Below are positions 28,607 to 39,162 of a stretch of 64,000 nucleotides of DNA, piece by piece. Position 1 is the first letter of the stretch. Each line of letters begins with the position of its first letter. Source of the stretch: a virus (Duplodnaviria; Heunggongvirae; Uroviricota; Caudoviricetes). Position numbers and translations under genes: made by a program. The stretch is taken from positions 64,001-128,000 of IMG/VR virus record IMGVR_UViG_3300028886_000031; one strand, given 5' to 3'. Under the pieces are notes generated by a model. The model searched no databases and was not told the DNA's origin. It worked only from the letters and a program-made list of their open reading frames with translations.

Positions 28607-29048
28607 AGAATATATTTTTGATTGGGTTGTTGGTTTTGAAAATGAAGCCCTGGAACATATGAGGGAAGAAGTTATAAAGACAGCTGAGTTTAACTTCGGA
28701 CCAGTTGGAAGGGATGTTGCTGAGAAGTATTATAGAGCAATTGATGGGGAAGAAGATTTCGATTCCGAGTCTATAGATGAGGAATGTGACGATTGTAAAA
28801 AACGGGCACAAAAGATTGCCAAGAATATGCAACTTATTCAGTATATAAGCGCTATTCTTCTAAAGGATTCTTTAGATCAAGCTGTTCAGGATTCTGATTG
28901 TAATGAACTCTTGGACTGTGTTAATAAGAAAACTCATGAGATTTTTAATAAGACATGTTTTGATCTTGATCCAACTGAATTGAAGTTTAAACTACTTCTA
29001 AACGCTTGCCGGAGGTTACAGCCAAATGAATGTAACGGAACTGAATGA
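28590..29048 (+). CDS. Hypothetical protein
   Basis: 152-aa ORF overlapping both neighbours. Confidence 0.7.
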   Translation: MEKQTKEYIFDWVVGFENEALEHMREEVIKTAEFNFGPVGRDVAEKYYRAIDGEEDFDSESIDEECDDCKKRAQKIAKNMQLIQYISAILLKDSLDQAVQDSDCNELLDCVNKKTHEIFNKTCFDLDPTELKFKLLLNACRRLQPNECNGTE

Positions 29049-29712
29049 AAATTTAGAAAATGATACACGGATTATAGTTAAGAAATCTACAGATAGATTG
29101 AATTATTCAACAATATCCGATTATCTAGATGACTTTATACATACAGAGTATAAGAAATCTCTATCTGAACAAGATTGTTTAGACAGATTTAGACGGACAA
29201 TATTATTGTGCTGCAATACATTAAGAACTGTTAAATATGGTGAAATTATAGCCAGAACACTTAAGAACATGATTCGTATATATGTGAATTACGATAAGTT
29301 TGAATTGATAGATGTAGAGTATAGTCCTTTAAATTTCTGGTTCTATAAGTCTCATATATCACGTGTAGAAGATGGTGTACAGCATATTGTTCTAATAGAT
29401 AACGTAGAGTACGTTTGCTATAGAACATGTGTAGATAAAAAGGTAACACCGGATAAATGTTCTATCTTTGATATCGGTTCTTTTATTATAGATTTTAAAT
29501 TAAACAATGAGATAAAACATTGTGTATTTACATTCAAGATAACAAGAAATAGTGGACATAGAACAGTTATGCCAGATATAAAAAATATAACAGAGGATAC
29601 TTATCAAAAATTTATAGAATCTAGAGATAAGCTTGTTTCTGAGAATCCATATTTACGGAATAGTCAGTATTCAGATTATGACGATAGTTTATTAACCATA
29701 TTAGCCGTTTAA
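29026..29712 (+). CDS. Hypothetical protein
   Basis: 228-aa ORF with GGAGG RBS. Confidence 0.75.
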   Translation: MNVTELNENLENDTRIIVKKSTDRLNYSTISDYLDDFIHTEYKKSLSEQDCLDRFRRTILLCCNTLRTVKYGEIIARTLKNMIRIYVNYDKFELIDVEYSPLNFWFYKSHISRVEDGVQHIVLIDNVEYVCYRTCVDKKVTPDKCSIFDIGSFIIDFKLNNEIKHCVFTFKITRNSGHRTVMPDIKNITEDTYQKFIESRDKLVSENPYLRNSQYSDYDDSLLTILAV

Positions 29713-29726
29713 AGGAGTAACAAACA

Positions 29727-30854
29727 ATGAAAAACAATGCTATAAAGTACCAGGATGTAATAGATGGAAGTAGAAGCTATAAACAGATTCTAGGTATACA
29801 AAAAGATACGAAAGAGTTCCTTCCGTATCATACTAAGAGGTTTATAGATTTTGTAAAAGAGGAATATCCAGAAAAACTAAATTCAAGTAATCTAGATATG
29901 TCTACTCTACTTATGATTTTAAGATATAGGAATTGTGATATTTCTATTCCTTATTATAAATCAACAACTGTTACAAGAGTAAACAAAAATGAGATAGTAA
30001 CAGATTCTGAAAGAAAAGGAAAAATATTATCACTTGTAAGCAACAAAGATACATTTAAGTTTAGTGTATTAATTGCTGATGAAAGTTATTCAGAGAAGAA
30101 ATTTGATGGAACAATGACCAATTTCGTTCCAAAGAATTATTCTATTACTGGCGTAGATGGAAACTTTCACGAAAATTGGTCAGAGTTTAAATTTGATATA
30201 AATAATAAGGAAAAAGATTATTTTTCTGATATATTGGATAATTCTACAATACATTGCAAGAAGTTTGTTAATCCTCAGTTAGCACAGGCGTTCTATTCTG
30301 AGTATTATAGAATACTTAAGACGTTAGATGATCGTCTTGATGCTGAAAGAAAATATATAACTAATATAAAGCAGACATACATACCAAAATGCAAAACATT
30401 GCCTAATTCTGAGTTCACAAACGCTGATACATCTAAAAAAGTAGTAGACGAAAGTGCCAAGCAGTTCGAGTCCGTTAAGACGCTGTGTTTTGAGACAAAA
30501 ATATCCAACCTCCCGGAACACTATAATTTTAACTATATTGTTGTAAATAATAGAACTCCAGAGCAAATTGTTTCCGAATGTGAAGATTTATTAGATGGAT
30601 TACTTGGTGTTAAAGGTGAGATTCGTTTCCTTTATAGATTAATAGAATGTGCCTTCTCTAAAGTTAATCCATACAAAGAAGATATGAAACCTTCAGATTT
30701 TCAGAAATATAATAGATGTGATTGTAAGTGGAATGAACAAACAGTAAGATTACCAAAAGGGAGAATCGATTGGTTCGAACTTATGTTTAAGGATTACAGT
30801 ATCTTAGTGAGGTACTATTATAAATCAATACAACAAAGAATAAACAAGGAATAA
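29727..30854 (+). CDS. Hypothetical protein
   Basis: 375-aa ORF with AAGGAG RBS. Confidence 0.8.
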   Translation: MKNNAIKYQDVIDGSRSYKQILGIQKDTKEFLPYHTKRFIDFVKEEYPEKLNSSNLDMSTLLMILRYRNCDISIPYYKSTTVTRVNKNEIVTDSERKGKILSLVSNKDTFKFSVLIADESYSEKKFDGTMTNFVPKNYSITGVDGNFHENWSEFKFDINNKEKDYFSDILDNSTIHCKKFVNPQLAQAFYSEYYRILKTLDDRLDAERKYITNIKQTYIPKCKTLPNSEFTNADTSKKVVDESAKQFESVKTLCFETKISNLPEHYNFNYIVVNNRTPEQIVSECEDLLDGLLGVKGEIRFLYRLIECAFSKVNPYKEDMKPSDFQKYNRCDCKWNEQTVRLPKGRIDWFELMFKDYSILVRYYYKSIQQRINKE

Positions 30855-30860
30855 TAATAA

Positions 30861-31040
30861 ATGTCAGATAAATGGAGATTTGATCCAAATCGTGACTATA
30901 CAGCCGACGAAGAGGATTATGGAAATAGACGTGGGAATTTCCAGCGTTTCAAAAATAGAAATAAAAAGAAACGCTCCCGTTTCAATGATAATAATTCTGA
31001 TGATGAGGATACAAGAGGAAAGCGTAATAGCTGGAGGTAA
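30861..31040 (+). CDS. Small highly charged protein (59 aa, not in the ORF track)
   Basis: MSDKWRFDPNRDYTADEEDYGNRRGNFQRFKNRNKKKRSRF...; fills the gap exactly and has AAGGA upstream. Confidence 0.65.
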   Translation: MSDKWRFDPNRDYTADEEDYGNRRGNFQRFKNRNKKKRSRFNDNNSDDEDTRGKRNSWR

Positions 31041-31043
31041 TTA

Positions 31044-32369
31044 ATGGCAGATCCAATTCTAAAGAGATTAGATGAATTAATATCTAGCCTTAATAGTACA
31101 AATGCCACAAACCAAAAGATTTTATTACTTAAAGAATATTCCGATTGCCAAAAAATTCTATCTTATACATATGATACAATTAAGTATCAATATGGTGTAA
31201 CATCAGATAGTATTTTAAACATAGGTTCGACATTGGATTTGTCTGATGCCGTAGAGTATGTAGATTTAGAACATCTCTTGATTGCGTTATCGAACAGAAC
31301 ATTAACTGGTCATAACGCAATCAAGGCATGTATGAAATTTATACAACAAAATGATTCCTATAGAAACTTAATTCTTAAAGTTATAGATAGAAATCTTGAG
31401 ATACGAATTGGATCTCAGATTATTAATAAAATTTTTCCTGGTTGCATTAGTGAGTTTAGTGTAGCGTTAGCTAACTCACTTAGTGATTATGATCCAAACA
31501 GAACTAAAATAGATTTTACAAAAGACGAGTATATTGTAGAACGCAAACTTGATGGCGTTCGTACAATAGCCATTATAGATAAAGATGGGAATATTACATT
31601 TAAATCTAGAAATGGTAAGATTTATAATACACTCGGTGTTATTGAAGATCAACTTAAATCTTTAAAACTTCATAATGTAGTTTTAGATGGTGAGTGCTGT
31701 TTATTGAATTCTGATGGTACGGATGACTTTCAAGGTATGATGAAAGAAATTCGTAGAAAAGACCATACGATTCAAAATGCAGCATACCGTTGTTTTGACA
31801 TAATACCTTTAGATAAATTCTATGCTAAAGCAGATGATACTCGGTATTCGTTTAGATATAATTGCTTACAAAGTGTACTTGGCAAAAATCTTCCTAATGT
31901 TGGATATGTAGACGCTTGGATGGTTAAATCATGGAAAGATGTAGATCAGTTACAAAAAATGGCTATTCAAAATAATTGGGAAGGTTTAATGCTTAGAAAA
32001 AATACAGCATACAAAGGAGATAGGTCTAATGACCTTCTTAAGATTAAACAGTTTAGTGAACATGAGTATGTTGTAAATGATATTGAAGTTGGACCATTTA
32101 GGGTCATCAATTATGATGCTAATGGAAAAGCATATGAAGCTACAGAAAATATAGTTACAACAATTTTTATTACACATGAGGGAAATAAAGTTGGAGTTGG
32201 TTCAGGGATGTCTATAGATATGAGACGTTTGTGGACGAAGAACCCATCTTTAATTCTCGGTAAAACAATTACAGTTAAATATTTTGAAGAAACAATAGAT
32301 AAAAATGGTAATAAGTCTTTGAGATTTCCAACTTTAAAAACAATTCATGGAATAGAACGTAATACATAA
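31044..32369 (+). CDS. ATP-dependent DNA ligase
   Basis: ERKLDGVR (motif I), VLDGE, FD, EGLMLRK, LLKIK, VGSG and SLRFP. Confidence 0.96.
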   Translation: MADPILKRLDELISSLNSTNATNQKILLLKEYSDCQKILSYTYDTIKYQYGVTSDSILNIGSTLDLSDAVEYVDLEHLLIALSNRTLTGHNAIKACMKFIQQNDSYRNLILKVIDRNLEIRIGSQIINKIFPGCISEFSVALANSLSDYDPNRTKIDFTKDEYIVERKLDGVRTIAIIDKDGNITFKSRNGKIYNTLGVIEDQLKSLKLHNVVLDGECCLLNSDGTDDFQGMMKEIRRKDHTIQNAAYRCFDIIPLDKFYAKADDTRYSFRYNCLQSVLGKNLPNVGYVDAWMVKSWKDVDQLQKMAIQNNWEGLMLRKNTAYKGDRSNDLLKIKQFSEHEYVVNDIEVGPFRVINYDANGKAYEATENIVTTIFITHEGNKVGVGSGMSIDMRRLWTKNPSLILGKTITVKYFEETIDKNGNKSLRFPTLKTIHGIERNT

Positions 32370-32382
32370 AGGAGAATCAATT

Positions 32383-32745
32383 ATGTCAATTAAGAAAAAA
32401 GAATGCACTGAATCCAATGCTACATCTAACAAGACAGTAGAATATTCTTATAATCACTCTAGAGACTGGAGTATTGATGAATGTATACATTTCTGTCTAC
32501 AACAAGCTAGGGATGATAAATCTAATTCTGATATGTATTTAAAGATTATCAAGTACCTTCTTGATAAATGCCCTGTAACGTGGCATTATCAACAGCAGCC
32601 TTGGTATCCGAACATTACTTATACAAATAATGATAAAAAGGTACAACCTGAATGGGATGAGATATATAAAGTAACGTGTGATCACTCGCCAGAATTAAGT
32701 ATCTCATCTAGCATGAATTGTCTTACGAAAGAACAGCATGAATAA
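32383..32745 (+). CDS. Hypothetical protein
   Basis: 120-aa ORF with AAGGAG RBS. Confidence 0.7.
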   Translation: MSIKKKECTESNATSNKTVEYSYNHSRDWSIDECIHFCLQQARDDKSNSDMYLKIIKYLLDKCPVTWHYQQQPWYPNITYTNNDKKVQPEWDEIYKVTCDHSPELSISSSMNCLTKEQHE

Positions 32746-33049
32746 AGTTGAGTATTCTTATATCATATATGATGATGATATTGGAGGAAATGTTAAGGAA
32801 CAAAAATTTATAGATTTCGATACGCTATATGATGATATCGAACGTGATGTATATAGTTATTGTAGCGACTTTCCTGAGGGAGAGGAAAAGGACGATTTAG
32901 AGCTACATGATGAAAAATATTGGTCTGAACGAGCTGTGTTAAATAGTTTAGCAAGTTTCGATTTCCTTGGCGGTTTACGTGAATGGGTATGTTGGTTCCC
33001 AGGACATCATAGAAAAATAATAGTATCATATGGCTGGGAAAAGAAATAA
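32738..33049 (+). CDS. Hypothetical protein
   Basis: 103-aa ORF overlapping the upstream stop. Confidence 0.65.
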   Translation: MNKVEYSYIIYDDDIGGNVKEQKFIDFDTLYDDIERDVYSYCSDFPEGEEKDDLELHDEKYWSERAVLNSLASFDFLGGLREWVCWFPGHHRKIIVSYGWEKK

Positions 33050-33063
33050 TATACAATATTTAT

Positions 33064-33106
33064 AACAAAAAGTGGGTTACAGATCGTTGTGATCCACTTT
33101 TTTGTT
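33064..33106 (+). terminator. Intrinsic terminator-like hairpin
   Basis: AAAAAGTGGGTTACA-loop-TGTGATCCACTTTTTT; G.U pairs favour the + strand; ends in a T tract. Confidence 0.75.
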
Positions 33107-33117
33107 GGAGATTTTTT

Positions 33118-33321
33118 ATGACAAAGAAAGAACGTAGAGATGTTAAAGATGCACTAGACCTTCTTATTAGATGCGAAAGAGTAATTACAAATCTTATCAA
33201 GGATGGAACACTTGTAGATAAAGATATCTTAAGAGATCTCAAACTTAATGGCGTAACAGATGTAAGATCTAAACTAGATGATGAAAAAGAAAGACAAGAG
33301 AGTAAAAATGAAAGGCAATGA
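33118..33321 (+). CDS. Hypothetical protein
   Basis: 67-aa ORF with GGAG RBS. Confidence 0.6.
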   Translation: MTKKERRDVKDALDLLIRCERVITNLIKDGTLVDKDILRDLKLNGVTDVRSKLDDEKERQESKNERQ

Positions 33322-33541
33322 ATTTTTAAGTTATTGTAAAAAACTCCAGGCATGTGTCAAGGAGTATAAGAAACAAATTCATGAAACTGCAGATGATGAA
33401 GATGCAGCGTACTTCTATGACAAAGGTCTAAAAAAATGGATAAAAGACAATATGGAATCCTTGGATGTTTTAGCAACTCTAAACTTGGATCGTGGTTTCG
33501 TAACATTTGTAAAGCATTATCTATTTTCAGAGGAAAATTAA
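33308..33541 (+). CDS. Hypothetical protein
   Basis: Overlapping small ORF in an operon-like run. Confidence 0.55.
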   Translation: MKGNEFLSYCKKLQACVKEYKKQIHETADDEDAAYFYDKGLKKWIKDNMESLDVLATLNLDRGFVTFVKHYLFSEEN

Positions 33542-34038
33542 TGCAATTTGACATTATAGAGACATCTGTATCAGATGAAAAATTTAATGATAAAGTTTTT
33601 GAAATAACGGATACTAGAAAGTGTTCTTGTGTACATTTCGATTATCTGAAACAGTATGTTATAAAGTTTACGGATGTTCTATGTGATTACAAGACCAAAC
33701 AACCAATAAAGGATCCAAGACTTGTAGATATAGATGTAAATCTTAGAAACTGGATGTTAAATTTTGATAGTGTAGAATCTCTAAATCTTTTTAGAAACGA
33801 ACTCTTGAATTATTATCAAGGTCGTTATCAGTTATATGTAAAGATTATATCTGATATAGAATCTAAGAATTTAGTTATAGACGGATATGAAATACCAGAG
33901 AATCTTTTAACATTTAGAAAAGATTCTGATTCTGTATCTAAGTTAAAAAGAAATATTATTAAGATAGTTCCGTGTGTAACGGAAGATGTACTTAGTGAAA
34001 ATGATACAACAGAAAAGGAGTCAACTGATGGGATGTGA
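33541..34038 (+). CDS. Hypothetical protein
   Basis: TAATG-coupled, GAGGA RBS. Confidence 0.65.
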   Translation: MQFDIIETSVSDEKFNDKVFEITDTRKCSCVHFDYLKQYVIKFTDVLCDYKTKQPIKDPRLVDIDVNLRNWMLNFDSVESLNLFRNELLNYYQGRYQLYVKIISDIESKNLVIDGYEIPENLLTFRKDSDSVSKLKRNIIKIVPCVTEDVLSENDTTEKESTDGM

Positions 34039-34621
34039 TATGCACCAAAGAACTTGGATATATTCCAAGAAGGATAGAAAATACTTAGATATTCATGAGA
34101 TAGATGAATATGATAGTTATTGCTTTCCTCCATTGTATACGGGACGGTATTATGATCTATTTGCTGTCTTGGCTGGAGTAAGAGGATATAGACTTCAAAT
34201 TCCGGAAAAATATGTTTCTGGATATGGAGTTCCGGACTTTGCATCTAAGATTTTTAAGAAGATGTATGAAGAATGTCCTTTTCATAGTGCTATATGGTTC
34301 TATCCAAAGGATCTAGATAATGCCTTGGATGACAGAATTGAACTTCTCGAAGGAATGAGGATAAAATATAAGAATCTTAAAAAGAAGTATCCAAAAAATT
34401 GGTATTTTCATTGGAATGATAGTATAGATGTTGATTCCGATGAATATGATAACGATGATTATGTATGGTATGATCCGGATGATGAGTATTTATTAAAAAC
34501 TCTTAGAGATATTAAAGAAAAACTTCAGAAATATATTGTCAAAGATGATCCAGAAGTAGAATGGAAGACAAAATTTTACGATCCAACAAAAACAGTAATA
34601 TGTTTTTACTTTGATTCGTAA
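34028..34621 (+). CDS. Conserved phage protein of the MGCDxH..RxYxLFxxLAGVR type, function unknown
   Basis: MGCDMH start after AAGGAG, GRYYDLFAVLAGVRG, HS..W and C-terminal FYFDS. Confidence 0.7.
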   Translation: MGCDMHQRTWIYSKKDRKYLDIHEIDEYDSYCFPPLYTGRYYDLFAVLAGVRGYRLQIPEKYVSGYGVPDFASKIFKKMYEECPFHSAIWFYPKDLDNALDDRIELLEGMRIKYKNLKKKYPKNWYFHWNDSIDVDSDEYDNDDYVWYDPDDEYLLKTLRDIKEKLQKYIVKDDPEVEWKTKFYDPTKTVICFYFDS

Positions 34622-34638
34622 TAGAGAGATGGCACAAT

Positions 34639-35886
34639 ATGCAACTGAGTAAAGATCAACAGGATGCAATATCCACGATTTTGGATTGGTATAAATCACC
34701 TACACGCAAGCAATATATAACTCTAGGTGGTTATGCGGGTACTGGTAAAACGACTGTTATAGCCGAATTACGCAGCCTTTTACCTGTGGATTTAAAAGTT
34801 GCATATTGTGCCTATACAGGCAAGGCAACATCTGTTCTCAGGAATAAACTTCTTAAGAACAAGTCCATATATAAAGATGATAAAACTGGAACAATTCATT
34901 CTTTGATATACGAACCTATACTTCAAGGTGATGAAATTATAGGATGGAGAAAACAACCAGTTTTGGAATATGATCTAATTATCGTAGATGAAAGCAGTAT
35001 GGTTTCTAGAGATATATTTGATGATCTATTATCTTATGGGAAACCTATTATATGTATTGGAGATCATGGTCAATTGCCGCCAATTTCTGATGATGATTTT
35101 AATTTAATGTCTAATCCAGAAATTAGACTAGAGATTATACATAGATATGATAACTCGGAAGAATCACCATTGTTAAAGATATCAGAAATTGCTAGAAAAG
35201 ATGGTTTTATTAAGTATGGTATCTATGGTGATAATGTTTTGAAAGTAAAACCTAAAGAATCTGGATTTATTACTCAGTTCGTAAAAATGATGGGTAATTT
35301 TGAAAATTCATTTTGTGTTGTTGGATTTAACAACACAAGAATACAAATGAATAGAAAATTTAGAACTTGGCTCAAGAGACCGGATTGTCCTCTTGTTGGG
35401 GATAGAATTATATGTTTAAGAAATAATAAAAACGCAACAGATATTCCAATTTACAATGGTATGATTGGAACATTAACTGAAAAATTTTCTTGTGAAAAAT
35501 TTTATGATGTATCTTGTAGGTTTGATGGTGAAACAGAGTTATACAAGGGATATATAAATAAGAACAATTTTAATGCAGAGAAACAACCGCCAATGGAGTA
35601 TGTTTACAAAAGTGAAATACTTAAATGGAAGAAACAAAATAGTGTAGGCGATTATTATAGTGTTAATAACAACATTATAAGAAAAAAAGAGAGAATAGCA
35701 TTAGATAATTTTGATTACGCATATGCCATTACATGCCATAAATCACAAGGTAGTGAAATGGAAAATGTAATGGTATTAGAACAGAAGTGTTCTTATTGGT
35801 CCAGTGATGATATGTGGAGAAGATGGTTATATACAGCAGTAACAAGAAGTCGTAAAAATCTATTAATAGTATCTGAAGAGGGTTAA
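34639..35886 (+). CDS. SF1B helicase, Dda/RecD-like
   Basis: GYAGTGKTT, DESSMV, IGDHGQLPP, YAITCHKSQGSE and LYTAVTR. Confidence 0.93.
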   Translation: MQLSKDQQDAISTILDWYKSPTRKQYITLGGYAGTGKTTVIAELRSLLPVDLKVAYCAYTGKATSVLRNKLLKNKSIYKDDKTGTIHSLIYEPILQGDEIIGWRKQPVLEYDLIIVDESSMVSRDIFDDLLSYGKPIICIGDHGQLPPISDDDFNLMSNPEIRLEIIHRYDNSEESPLLKISEIARKDGFIKYGIYGDNVLKVKPKESGFITQFVKMMGNFENSFCVVGFNNTRIQMNRKFRTWLKRPDCPLVGDRIICLRNNKNATDIPIYNGMIGTLTEKFSCEKFYDVSCRFDGETELYKGYINKNNFNAEKQPPMEYVYKSEILKWKKQNSVGDYYSVNNNIIRKKERIALDNFDYAYAITCHKSQGSEMENVMVLEQKCSYWSSDDMWRRWLYTAVTRSRKNLLIVSEEG

Positions 35887-35888
35887 AA

Positions 35889-36428
35889 ATGAAAGCTACA
35901 ATGTTAAAGAAAAGAGATTGCATAAACATTAAGGATTTAACTGATCCTATTGTTTTGAAGCGTGTAATAGATACGTTGCTGGATCCAAAGAATCCAGATT
36001 CTAACAAGATAAGAAAAGAAGTTATTAAAAACATATCTCATATAATTCAAAAAGACGATGCCTTTATTACAACAATTAAGGGTCTCGTTGTTGATAAGGC
36101 TGAAAATGTTACAAAGGATATTGTTAAGGAAACCATAGAAGAATCTAAGGAATATCTTACAAATGCTCTTGTTAACACAATTAATTTTCAGGCACAGGAT
36201 TATTTTGAGGACAAGAGAAAATTTGTAGATAATGTTCTGAAGAAAACGATTAATGATTGTATAAGAGATATACTTACAGAAACAAAGAAAGTTATAGAAA
36301 AAGGAAATAAAAAACTGAAAGATAATATCAGTGATAAAAAATCTACCAGTATAGATGTACCTTTGGAGCATTTGTCTGAAGTAAGAAATTATGTTCAATT
36401 TCTTTCGTCTCAGAAACAAATAAAATGA
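35889..36428 (+). CDS. Hypothetical helical protein
   Basis: 179-aa ORF with GAGG RBS. Confidence 0.7.
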   Translation: MKATMLKKRDCINIKDLTDPIVLKRVIDTLLDPKNPDSNKIRKEVIKNISHIIQKDDAFITTIKGLVVDKAENVTKDIVKETIEESKEYLTNALVNTINFQAQDYFEDKRKFVDNVLKKTINDCIRDILTETKKVIEKGNKKLKDNISDKKSTSIDVPLEHLSEVRNYVQFLSSQKQIK

Positions 36429-36468
36429 TAGAAAAAATTAATAATAGTTTTCTATTGTCAAAAGCTTT

Positions 36469-36615
36469 ATGATAAAGATTAGTTTAGATCAAAAAAGTTG
36501 TCCGTATTGTGAAATTAAAAATGATAGACCAATTTGTAAGAAAACTGGCAAACTGTGCTGTCATTTAAATTGTCCATACGATCAAGAAGAACAGGATGAC
36601 GGATACAATCGTTAA
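36469..36615 (+). CDS. Small Cys-rich putative zinc-binding protein (48 aa, not in the ORF track)
   Basis: MIKISLDQKSCPYCEIKNDRPICKKTGKLCCHLNCPYDQ... Confidence 0.45.
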   Translation: MIKISLDQKSCPYCEIKNDRPICKKTGKLCCHLNCPYDQEEQDDGYNR

Positions 36616-36644
36616 TCATATTGTCTTTTGCCTAAAGGTTTAAT

Positions 36645-37970
36645 ATGGTTAAGGGAAAGAATTCGTTTTATAGTTCTAACGCTGGATATTTTAAAGTGGA
36701 ATTCAAATGTCCAGGTGCTAAATATTTAGAAGCCAACTTTAGAACAATAAGGATTAATAATCAGATTGATAGGCATTTTCCTCTTGTTTTTTTGGAATTT
36801 TTTATAGATAATCAGGTATTCATCGAATATAATTTATATCCTCAGAGTGAAATTACAATGCTTCTGTACTATTCGGATGAAGATAACAAAATATTTGGTC
36901 AACCACTTATATTCAATCTGGTTATACTGGAGATGAATGTAGATCTTCCACAAAAATACATTAATAACGTTACTGCTACACAAACTGCTGATATTCAGAG
37001 ACAAAAAACAATTATAACATGTGTTCCAAAACAATGTCATGAATTGTTAAACGTAACAATTAATGGAATGTGGGAGAATCCAGTAACTGTACAAGGTGCA
37101 GTTATGGGAGTTATTGGAGAGGTAAATCCAAAATCTAAAATAGTTGACACTAGAAAAATGAATACATCTCTTCTAGAGCAATTTATTATTCCACCTATGT
37201 CGTTTAAAAATTTCTTTACATACATGGACGAAACTTATGGAATATATAAAGGAAAATTATTCTATTATGTTAATTATAATGGAACTTTTATGATGTGGGA
37301 ACTAAAAACAAAATGGGATGATTTTGGTGATGGTGGATTATATACAGTTCATAAAATGCCTTCCTATTCCACATCAGATGCAGTATATACAATTCCGGCA
37401 CAACTAGCTAGAAGTACACCGAATAATTATATCACATATAATAATATAAAAACAATATGTATGACAAATGATCCATTTGTCCCGGATGGTGGTCAACAAT
37501 TACATGTATTTCACCCAAATTGGGATATCTCTAAACTTGTAGTATCAGATCCAATCGGAGAGGCTACAACATACGGAATACATTCTAGTAAAAAAGATTT
37601 AAAAACGAATAATGGAATTTTAAAAAAGAGAATATGTGCATTTGATCATAATCTCGGTGACGAGAATGGATCTACATATGATAAGTATATCACAGCTAAT
37701 TACATAGATCCAGCTTATAAGATGAATTTTGTTTACTTAACATTATTGAGAAAGATTAAGCCACATATTGTAATGAAAGTTGGGCAACCATTTTATTTAA
37801 AAACATATGCTGAACAAGAGAAATATCCAAATTCTGATTATGAAGGAAAATACCTTATAACAGAATCTATATTAAAGTTAACAAGGGATCAAGGACCACA
37901 GATGGGTCATGATACCGTTTTTGCTACATGCGAGATAACAGCAGTTAGAACTAGTCAATCACACAAATAA
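36645..37970 (+). CDS. Probable virion structural protein (baseplate-hub-like)
   Basis: Beta-rich with C-terminal GKYLITESILKL resembling hub proteins; adjacent to the tail module. Confidence 0.45.
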   Translation: MVKGKNSFYSSNAGYFKVEFKCPGAKYLEANFRTIRINNQIDRHFPLVFLEFFIDNQVFIEYNLYPQSEITMLLYYSDEDNKIFGQPLIFNLVILEMNVDLPQKYINNVTATQTADIQRQKTIITCVPKQCHELLNVTINGMWENPVTVQGAVMGVIGEVNPKSKIVDTRKMNTSLLEQFIIPPMSFKNFFTYMDETYGIYKGKLFYYVNYNGTFMMWELKTKWDDFGDGGLYTVHKMPSYSTSDAVYTIPAQLARSTPNNYITYNNIKTICMTNDPFVPDGGQQLHVFHPNWDISKLVVSDPIGEATTYGIHSSKKDLKTNNGILKKRICAFDHNLGDENGSTYDKYITANYIDPAYKMNFVYLTLLRKIKPHIVMKVGQPFYLKTYAEQEKYPNSDYEGKYLITESILKLTRDQGPQMGHDTVFATCEITAVRTSQSHK

Positions 37971-37977
37971 TATTCAA

Positions 37978-39150
37978 TTACTCATTTAGACCTTTTTTTC
38001 CAGCTTTTTGTTGAGTTGTTGAACCTCTATTTGATGGATTATTATTTTGTGAAGTATTCGCTGAGCTGCTAGTATCAGCAGGAGATGAATTACTATTAGA
38101 ACTTCCACCGCTGCCATATTTTCCTACAGATCCTGGTTTTCCTGTAGAATTTGGCTTTCCTTTTCGCATTCCTTCGCTATCACGTTTAACTGTTGGAATT
38201 GACTCACTTTTTGGTGCTGGGCAATTAACCATAACAGAATAGCAATTTTGTATAGACATTCTTATATCTATTATGTTTGGTCTTCCATCGGCGGCAAAGT
38301 CACCTTCATCACCACCTTTGATTACACTTAAATTGGAACAAAAAGCCATTGGCATATGCAAGACGCCATCTATTTTAAAGTCGAATATATATGGCCATGT
38401 ATATAATATCCCATCTTTTGATTTTGGAGTTACAAGCAATTGTAATGCTGCTAATGGTGCTAATATATTATTTTCATAATCTCTTGTTTCTAGATTATAA
38501 TAGCAATATAATCTCGTATTTAATTCGTATGATTGTTGGTAAGAACAGTTCTTCCACATCTGAGGCCAATTTACTTTAGACCAAGGACTTTTAGCAACTT
38601 CTCCTAGCTTTTCTAATGCTGCACCAATTCCTTCGTTTCCAGCAGATTTCATCTTAGCACCTTGTTGAATAGCCCAATCTGTAGCACTTTTATATGCTCC
38701 AGTTAATTTGCTAGCTAATCCTCCAAATAATGGACTATCTTTCGCTAAGTCTTTAGCCATTTGATCTAATTGATCTGTATCTCTAATTCCTGATATTAAT
38801 GCTAATTCGGCTCCAGCACCTCCCATAAGAGATCTACCGGCGCCGCCAAAGATTTCGGAGTCACCAAATTGATTAGAATATGTTTCAGTTACAGATTGTG
38901 GATTCGATATAACAATTCTTAGAACTTTTCCTTTCATGGAATGACCAGCAGCATCAAGATCTGTCTCAAAATCACCAAACGCATCTTGTGGTTGATATAT
39001 ATTTCCGTCTTTATCTATTTTAGATTTACATGGCTTAATTTCAGCAATAACCATTTTAGAATCTAGATGATTTTTGAACTCCATGGTTTCAGTACCCATT
39101 TTATTAAGCTGAGATCCTGGATATCCAATATAATCTTGTATTTGACCCAT
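37978..39150 (-). CDS. Probable baseplate/tail-tube-initiator structural protein
   Basis: WPQMW..SY..RL..PLA.L..L..P..Y.WP..LS..KGG..P..ID pattern seen in large-phage virion proteins; directly downstream of the tape-measure-like gene. Confidence 0.55.
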   Translation of the reverse strand: MGQIQDYIGYPGSQLNKMGTETMEFKNHLDSKMVIAEIKPCKSKIDKDGNIYQPQDAFGDFETDLDAAGHSMKGKVLRIVISNPQSVTETYSNQFGDSEIFGGAGRSLMGGAGAELALISGIRDTDQLDQMAKDLAKDSPLFGGLASKLTGAYKSATDWAIQQGAKMKSAGNEGIGAALEKLGEVAKSPWSKVNWPQMWKNCSYQQSYELNTRLYCYYNLETRDYENNILAPLAALQLLVTPKSKDGILYTWPYIFDFKIDGVLHMPMAFCSNLSVIKGGDEGDFAADGRPNIIDIRMSIQNCYSVMVNCPAPKSESIPTVKRDSEGMRKGKPNSTGKPGSVGKYGSGGSSNSNSSPADTSSSANTSQNNNPSNRGSTTQQKAGKKGLNE

Positions 39151-39162
39151 ATAATAAACCTT

